Source of the DNA: an uncultured virus (IMG/VR IMGVR_UViG_3300020047_007813)
Lineage: Duplodnaviria > Heunggongvirae > Uroviricota > Caudoviricetes
Direction: 5' to 3' (one strand)
DNA: 64,000 bases
Virus record (IMG/VR): IMGVR_UViG_3300020047_007813
In this document: in pieces, positions 59,201 through 64,000 of the stretch
Layout of the letters: each line of letters begins with the position of its first letter
Numbering within the stretch: the stretch's first letter is position 1
Made by a program: the position numbers and the translations under genes
Notes under the pieces: generated by a model
Told to the model about the DNA's origin: nothing
Seen by the model: the letters and a program-made list of their open reading frames with translations, nothing else
Database searches by the model: none

Positions 59201-62200
59201 AGCTTAACAGCTAAATTAAGCTTTCTCGTTTCTAAACCATTTATCTCCCTTTTGCTTAAATCGTTATTTTTAGCAGCTAATATATCCTCCTCTAACGCAT
59301 CTATCTCTTGCTGTATAATCTCTTGCTGTATATCTGCTGACTGCTGAATCATTCCAAATTGGTCATGCGTCATAATAATAGCATCCCAATCATTATTAGC
59401 CATCTTAGCAAAAAACGCTTTTCTATTCTCCGGGCTAAAGTCTTTCTCTTTTGGAGACAACACTTTTGCCATTGGATAGGAATCCTTAAAAGTTCTTGCT
59501 AAGTCACTTGTGTTAGCTTTTAGGCCTAGTATAATCGGCTTTTTAATCATGCCCATTTGCTTCATTTTCATAGCAGCAACAACCATAATCAAAGATTTGC
59601 CCGACCCAACTATATGGTCAAGTATGCCATTCATTTGCTGAATTATCATCCAAACCCCATCCATTTGATGTGAACGAAGTTTATGCCCAATATATCCTGG
59701 GAAAGTCAAATGAGAACCGTCATTTTTAGGAACAATTGTTCCATTGAAATTGTCATTATAAAAATCAACTAATTCATTACGTCTTTTGTCATCTTTCCAA
59801 AGCCATTTATCAAATTCTCGTTTGATTTTATCTGCTTTCTCAATCGCTACTGCCGTTGCCGCTTCGTCAACAATTGTTGTCTTTCTTCCATCTTCGTCCT
59901 CAACCGTTCTTTTCACTAACGGAACCCTGTTTTGCATTACTTCTTCAAGCAAATCAAATCCATTCAATCTTGGAGTGCCGTAAGCATCTGTTACCTGTGT
60001 ATTGTGCGGGTCGCTGCCTGTTACATTAACACTACCTGTTGACAATCTTGTTATTTTAATGTCTTGTTGAAACAGTTTTGATGCAAAATCCATGTAATGC
60101 TTTACGTCAATCCAAGGCGCGCTTATTGGTGCATAGATTTGAGATGCATTTAAAGGAGCTGGCTGAACGGCCTCTAAAGCTGTTACGTTATCATTATAAA
60201 AAGGATCTTCCTTAGCAGCCAATATAGCCTCGTTCAGTTTTTGCCTTACATTTCCTGATAAATATTTCGTGTTATCCTCAAATCCTCCTTTTGGATTTTT
60301 AAAGATTACACCTTTGCCAAGTTTTATTGCTTCATCTTTTGAAACTCCTAACAGCTCTGCAATCCTATCAATATCTACACTACCTGTTTCATTAAGGTTT
60401 ATTGCTACTGCATCTGATACGTTTTCAGCAGCAGTAGCTCGCTTAGCTTTTTCAAAAACGCGCTTAGTAAAAATATCAGCAAGCCCTACAACCTTTTTGT
60501 CCTCAACATGCTCTAACGCCATCATGTTATGGCCATCTGAATCAAGCTCGAACAAAGTCTTGTTTTGCAAGATTGTTCCATGCGCTTTTACAAAGTCGTC
60601 ATAGGCTGTCTTTAGTAGCGCCTTGTAGTGCGTTATGGCTTCGTCAGTATAATCTCCCAGCTCTGATGCATACACACGGTTTAATGCGTTTCTAATCGCA
60701 ATCATGTCATGTATAGCTCCAGCGTATTTTTTAGGGATGCTGATTTTATTTACCTGCTTAATATCAAAATCTTCAACTCGCAATCCAATCTCAGCCAAGT
60801 TTGCGATATCATTTTCGGTTGCGTTGCCCTCTCTAACTCTATCGGGACTAACATTTACATCTCTTGCTTTTTGGTCAAGGTTTCCATCAATAGCTTGCTG
60901 GTCAGATATTACTCCAAATACACCCGGCTTAACCTCTACAACATTTCCATTGCGTTGTCCTTTGTTTTTAACATAGTGGTTTTCTATTTCCTTTTCGGAA
61001 TTGTTATTGCCAGAGTCAATTTTTTTATGGAAGATTTTTTCTGCCAAATCAGATATGCCTTTTTCAAGGTCTATGCCGGTAGATGTTACCGTCATTTGAT
61101 CTTCTGTCTGCAGGCCTCCTGCCTCAAATTTACCTAAAACCATTTCCGGGTTTTTGTGGAAATATTGATTATAGGTAATTTCATGCGTCTGCTGTTTTTT
61201 ATCCTTATGATTAACAGTAGCAGGCTTTGATTCAATAAACTTATTTGGCTGTGCAGGGGTTTCGTCTGTATCAAACTTTCTCAAAAATATAACATCGGTT
61301 ACTACCTCTGTGTTTGCATTACCTTTAAAGGTATTGTTTGGCAAGCGTATAGCCCCCATAAACTCTGCACTTTTGGCTATATGCTTTCTCAAATCCGCAT
61401 TGCTTGGCGAGTCTAATATACCAGCACTTGTTACAATTGCTATCAATCCTCCCGGCTTTACATCTTGAAGTGCTCTTGCAAAAAAGTAAGAGTGTATTTT
61501 AGATGTGGATTGCCTGATCGCCTGTATTTTGCTTTTTGCAAATTTAGGGTCATAAACAGAGTAAGTGCCAAAAGGGATATTCGATATAACCAAATCGGCT
61601 GCGCCTGGCGCAATACTTACCTTTTCATAACCGTCATTACGCGAAATAATGTTTGGGTATAACGCTCTTAGTATTTCTGCTGTAATATTATCTTTCTCAA
61701 TAGCTGCTGTTTTAGAGTTATTAATCATGTCAATAGGCATAGCCCCTATAAAATGACCTATCCCTGCACTTGGCTCTAATACCGCACCTCCTTTAAACCC
61801 TGCATGGCGCAACACGTTATAAATACCTCGTATTACAGGTATAGCGGTATAGTGTGCGTTTAATGTAGAGCTTTTTATAGCATCAATGTTTTCTTTGTAG
61901 TTTCTGGGGTCAAGCTCTTTTAGCAAATCATGCACTTGTCCAATGCGCTGTTTTAGCCCTGAATTTGATGCGCTCCAACCGTTATCTGAATTGGGGTCAA
62001 ACCCTATTTCTTTGATACCGCCCCAACCTACATACTTAAATAATTGGTCTTGCTCGTTTGGCGTAGCAATCCTGTTTTCGTTTTTAAGCGTTATTAATAT
62101 TTTTAACGCATTGATATTGTCATCCAACTTTTTAGAAACACTAAATGAAGTAGGTCCTGCATAGTTTGGAGGAATAACAAAGTTTCCATTGTGGCGTGTT

Positions 62201-64000
62201 TGAGAAATAACCGGTGTGCTTTCTGATGGATCAGGCAATGGCTGCTCAACTGACGTTCCTCCTAAGTCCTTGTTTACTTCCTCGTTTCCGTTTAGAGTGA
62301 CCGTAACTCCTCCAGTGCCATCTCCTCCGCTTGGCTTTGGTGCAGCCCCTTGGCTTCCAGCCGGCTCTGTGTTTCGATTGCCTTCTCCACCTTTTCCACC
62401 GCCCACTGATCCAGCTCCTTGCTGTCCCGAAGTCGGTAGTACATCTGACTGTGATTGTCCATCAACCACTCCTTTACCATCTTGGTCCACCGATGATTCA
62501 CCAGCAGTTCCTGATTTTCCGTTAGTTTCATTTTCTTCTGATTTTAATTGTTCAATAAACTTTTCTAAGTCAAATTTCCTTACCTCGCGCGGGTCGGTCA
62601 TTTCATCTGCAAGGGCATCCTCCGCACGATTATACGTTGACGAATAGCCATCTTTTAATGCATCCCAATATTCGCGCAAGCGAGCTTCACCATATTTCTT
62701 ATAAATCTCCTTGGCTATATCTTGGAGCTTGCGCAAGCCTTTTTCAAGGTACTTGGCAATAATCTTTGCAGCAATGGCTAACAACTCAGGGTCAACGCCT
62801 GATGACATCTTCCCCTTGCTTTTGCGGTCCATTTCATCAAATAGATCGTCAATGTCGTCATCGAGCTTTTGTTCCTTTGCTGACTTCTGCTTAGGCTCCT
62901 CTGCATCCGGGATCTTTATATTGTCAAACCTTTTGTCTGTGTATTCGCCAACAGCATCTTTTATTTTATTTGCAAGTTCGCCTACTGTAATGGCAGCGTT
63001 ATCCCAACGATTCCCATATCCAGTGTATTTACTATCTTTCTTAGTAACCCTCCAATAAAATTCACCAACATCAAGTGTATCATTTCCGAAATTACCCGCA
63101 TAGTCATTACCCCAATCAGCATCCGCTTTAAAAGATAAGTAAACTCCATACTCGCTATTTGGCTTCCATAATATTATCGTGCCGTCACCACCTATCGGGG
63201 CAATATTAGTATTCGCATATTCTTTTTTGCCTTTCTTATCGGTATCATGCTCGTAGCCTAACGCCTCCGCAAGAGCTTTGGAATATTTTGTCAAGTCCTG
63301 TTTAAATTTCTTTTCAGGAGTTCTACTTCCGTTCTCACGCAAATCTTTCATTGTATCTCCGCTGCTATCGTAGTGGCCTAACAATTTGAGTTTATTCTCT
63401 ATATCGGCAAGGTGCTTATCAATCTTCTCGACTTGCGCAGACACATTTGCTGATGTTTGTTTTACAAGGGTTCCATCGCCATCGTATTTGTATTTTATAA
63501 CCTCATTCGCGGTATGAATGGTTATCTCTCCAAAGGTTTTTATAATGGCACCACTGTTTCCTTCAATATGGGCTATTTCTTTTTTGTCGGTGACGGTTTC
63601 CCATCCTGATTGCTCTGTTGTAACAGCCTGTATTTCTCTAAGCGTAGCTTCTCCCGAAGCGACAACAGCTTCTGTACTGTTTTTTTCTTGTTCCTGTTCT
63701 CCAGGATTGTCGCCCGGTACGATAGTGGATCCTTGTTCATTTGTTTTAGCTTTTAAGTGTTTTTCATAAAATGGTATAACCAGCTTTTCCTCTTGCTCAA
63801 CATTCTGCAAAGACATTTTATGCATTTTAGTTGCATCTTCAATATCTTTCTGACTTGAAGTCCTCGATGATTGCATTTCCTTTAACACATCAGGCCACTC
63901 CGCAATAGATTTTTTTGTTCTTGCGAGAACGTCTTTCATAAAGTTAATCTCATCCAAAATTTCTTTTGGTGACATCCCTTTAACCGAAACAACTGTTTTA
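53245..64000 (-). CDS. giant DarB-like polyvalent protein (N6-adenine MTase, SNF2 helicase, large C-terminal domain); probably 5'-truncated
   Basis: VLEPSAGIG, ISNIPF, VGSGKS, FVDESQ, SGTPISN, QRNGRGIRQGN; the frame stays open from 63975 to the window end. Confidence 0.85.
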   Translation of the reverse strand, partial: KTVVSVKGMSPKEILDEINFMKDVLARTKKSIAEWPDVLKEMQSSRTSSQKDIEDATKMHKMSLQNVEQEEKLVIPFYEKHLKAKTNEQGSTIVPGDNPGEQEQEKNSTEAVVASGEATLREIQAVTTEQSGWETVTDKKEIAHIEGNSGAIIKTFGEITIHTANEVIKYKYDGDGTLVKQTSANVSAQVEKIDKHLADIENKLKLLGHYDSSGDTMKDLRENGSRTPEKKFKQDLTKYSKALAEALGYEHDTDKKGKKEYANTNIAPIGGDGTIILWKPNSEYGVYLSFKADADWGNDYAGNFGNDTLDVGEFYWRVTKKDSKYTGYGNRWDNAAITVGELANKIKDAVGEYTDKRFDNIKIPDAEEPKQKSAKEQKLDDDIDDLFDEMDRKSKGKMSSGVDPELLAIAAKIIAKYLEKGLRKLQDIAKEIYKKYGEARLREYWDALKDGYSSTYNRAEDALADEMTDPREVRKFDLEKFIEQLKSEENETNGKSGTAGESSVDQDGKGVVDGQSQSDVLPTSGQQGAGSVGGGKGGEGNRNTEPAGSQGAAPKPSGGDGTGGVTVTLNGNEEVNKDLGGTSVEQPLPDPSESTPVISQTRHNGNFVIPPNYAGPTSFSVSKKLDDNINALKILITLKNENRIATPNEQDQLFKYVGWGGIKEIGFDPNSDNGWSASNSGLKQRIGQVHDLLKELDPRNYKENIDAIKSSTLNAHYTAIPVIRGIYNVLRHAGFKGGAVLEPSAGIGHFIGAMPIDMINNSKTAAIEKDNITAEILRALYPNIISRNDGYEKVSIAPGAADLVISNIPFGTYSVYDPKFAKSKIQAIRQSTSKIHSYFFARALQDVKPGGLIAIVTSAGILDSPSNADLRKHIAKSAEFMGAIRLPNNTFKGNANTEVVTDVIFLRKFDTDETPAQPNKFIESKPATVNHKDKKQQTHEITYNQYFHKNPEMVLGKFEAGGLQTEDQMTVTSTGIDLEKGISDLAEKIFHKKIDSGNNNSEKEIENHYVKNKGQRNGNVVEVKPGVFGVISDQQAIDGNLDQKARDVNVSPDRVREGNATENDIANLAEIGLRVEDFDIKQVNKISIPKKYAGAIHDMIAIRNALNRVYASELGDYTDEAITHYKALLKTAYDDFVKAHGTILQNKTLFELDSDGHNMMALEHVEDKKVVGLADIFTKRVFEKAKRATAAENVSDAVAINLNETGSVDIDRIAELLGVSKDEAIKLGKGVIFKNPKGGFEDNTKYLSGNVRQKLNEAILAAKEDPFYNDNVTALEAVQPAPLNASQIYAPISAPWIDVKHYMDFASKLFQQDIKITRLSTGSVNVTGSDPHNTQVTDAYGTPRLNGFDLLEEVMQNRVPLVKRTVEDEDGRKTTIVDEAATAVAIEKADKIKREFDKWLWKDDKRRNELVDFYNDNFNGTIVPKNDGSHLTFPGYIGHKLRSHQMDGVWMIIQQMNGILDHIVGSGKSLIMVVAAMKMKQMGMIKKPIILGLKANTSDLARTFKDSYPMAKVLSPKEKDFSPENRKAFFAKMANNDWDAIIMTHDQFGMIQQSADIQQEIIQQEIDALEEDILAAKNNDLSKREINGLETRKLNLAVKLQNAALMKKDHSLKSFEEMGIDFMFVDESQQFKNLTYNTIQRGVAGLGDPKGSTKAFNLLFAARTLQKFYSADKGTVFASGTPISNTMVEMYLLFKYLRPNKMKELGINSFDNWANTFASVGSEIEFGVTNSLKPKTRMRNFMNVPEMATMYREIADVRNEKNLKLPRPEFKKTFRVKTSKPIAKNETIFIDGNKYRVIGGMKGLSKNEHWLSLSSVGKDIQPAKNGNFDYENVSTPYTDSEGVNGLLVNVSPTKEQRRFGKRIQEFAKTKDGSRIGRVLTDKQKKAYMLLATNLASKMAIDMRLVDPTYADSEVGKLGVAADTILEHYKESDKHKGIQLVFSDIGTPKSANPSINLFDLLESRGIDNDTLETIFGSAAFSETPRYPPIKDVRKRIATILEYSEEQIDDAITESNEATFNIYQSIKDKLVKRGIPANEIAFIHDYNTAAKKEQLFNDARSGKVRVIIGSTSKLGTGVNIQNRIVAMHHIDVPWRPSDMEQRNGRGIRQGNLITEEFYDNQLPVYYYATEYTLDAYKYQLLDTKQQFIDQAKTTDGKVREISEGDGDEENGVSFATMTAVISGNPVLLEKAKIDKKVKELDAAEKGFSQEKYTVQDKIARSEQGLSYTESRIKRNQEDIKLFESNSTKNEKTGEWNFKEVIGGVEFTERKLAGEALLQVKSDYIKEMIKAHPILSTKSIESTSFAPSGHKIVGHIAGYDIVMQADYTFESNGKAVWYEFTPSIYVVNPNNKSVQAAIKSDDPVYLGSFAHRQIRGIADDLLANEREKSAYEKDIADKEKYLSELPDEFPRAKEYEEALATQKKIDQTLSEMAAESAKALPTSDVIEADGTRIRSVNEVMDLINEGWDDEIYAISENGDVQKITSYDDLDTAEEGSKFYRYDAEAKSIDDEINDAKKDIDDLEGDNSDAGELGMNNIVTKKRVKLAAAYTKLAYLYLKKGMNKLSDFIKVIGDKAHDFIVDAWNKAKEKYTKERIAKAFDDAKIKNKLFGIMPPFNLFPAIWNGTMDFTKKAILAGTRTKPEIEKAIQDGLAHAKNELAAAGGPVMSLAEEKTFKARMRATMLRIGKTPSFALPNQPISDAEKKVAQEMFNQMLNPKDKPSTLPGKVKDFFLNLSKHIDNPFVYVTRLEDDVLKKYPNAQRMSRVPLGRVFEQSYTGPAKLAVEDFVDEVLKGLSNTELQSLHEYIAARRVIDRLKDQDNIKATGNVTIQQALAQLENIQDRLSPSQYQKVVDRGELFQKHADGIMLELYEGGLISQETLDAVMDSKDFYAPFSVVQNIFTNLTKKADGKAQSTVLHKIKGISSKPADFTLNDLNKLQAGVDHKIITQDEFYRGAQELLDGMYSAGTLTEEQYTNESIKLADPGFAVNNIFDRMAEMIYKSRILGERNKTMERIHKLREVDEDNHFFKEVEGFELRYDANGQPFMFPKNIDQIKAPEGFAPIQYKIDGKTKFIAVNEEAAKALRGINDFEMNGVMKLINLANKVARAGIITYSPSFLFANSVIDNFRSLTMSKYGAIAGKDIAEKTINAVILLPQMIEALGSGLLANFTGIRTKQYEEWMKSKSFTRGAFDDIFNDPNHKITEKINMTTPQQAMSMLKYILTAVPRLGVSLEQMPKIYTYTRGMDVEGVDRVGFTKWAKETVLRLNALSGKSGDELVAALDEIAFDTLNRSASPNFPAAGNWAKYMSGLFQFFSARVKGEFSDWRTITNTEGGTLGIRKNKVASGLAMGILKIGVYALLPMLYAAIKNMWNDDDEKSFDTVNNPDKNNNILFKTGSQFYYDGEKYDDYVKLPLRGLPATANTMVVNYIDYLKKNNPEAFKNMAVQAMSNATPINLNLNYKEGDDLAQKSMKLGNAIAANTNPLLKFGYEELRGINSYNGYPLTNERLAKAYYAGNDNIMPWEVKLKYGTQGAEDISKAIYNTTGVKVTAAFIDHLHSVMMGGILNQLDSNALSKRIYRSEELYPIKK

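Noticed and set aside
53608..63769. Many short plus-strand ORFs opposite the giant gene, and similar ones opposite other long genes
   Set aside because: Antisense shadow ORFs with no motifs
1..64000. Stop-codon reassignment as in some crAss-like phages
   Set aside because: MCP, TerL, portal and the giant gene are uninterrupted in the standard code; TAG and TGA end genes normally; no suppressor tRNA seen

Overview
A 64-kb part of a dsDNA tailed phage genome with crAss-like (Crassvirales-related) virion genes and a probable Bacteroidota host. Host evidence is TAnnTTTG -7 promoter boxes, A-x-A|Q signal peptides and a DUF3127-like SSB. Genes read cleanly in the standard code. From left to right the window holds: tail stabilisation and ring proteins, major capsid protein and scaffold (1-14.6 kb, minus); a glycosyltransferase/methyltransferase cluster with a GIY-YIG endonuclease; replication genes and an iteron-rich origin-like region (18.7-24 kb); a plus-strand early region (MoxR ATPase/vWA pair, small genes, tRNA-like and hammerhead-like intergenic RNAs); RecE/RecT recombination genes; a cassette array with a tyrosine recombinase; lysis and tail-fibre genes; GroES, TerL and portal (plus); and a >3,500-aa DarB-like methyltransferase/SNF2 protein. 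The main finding is an integron-like cassette array at 36.05-40.2 kb. It has six attC-like AAC-hairpin-GTT sites, five gene cassettes, one empty cassette and an attI-like site directly upstream of a tyrosine recombinase that appears to lack the IntI-specific insertion. The cassette genes run opposite to the classical integron direction. Four start inside the hairpin loop and two end on the TAA of the next core site. All protein calls rest on motif recognition by eye; no database searches were run.
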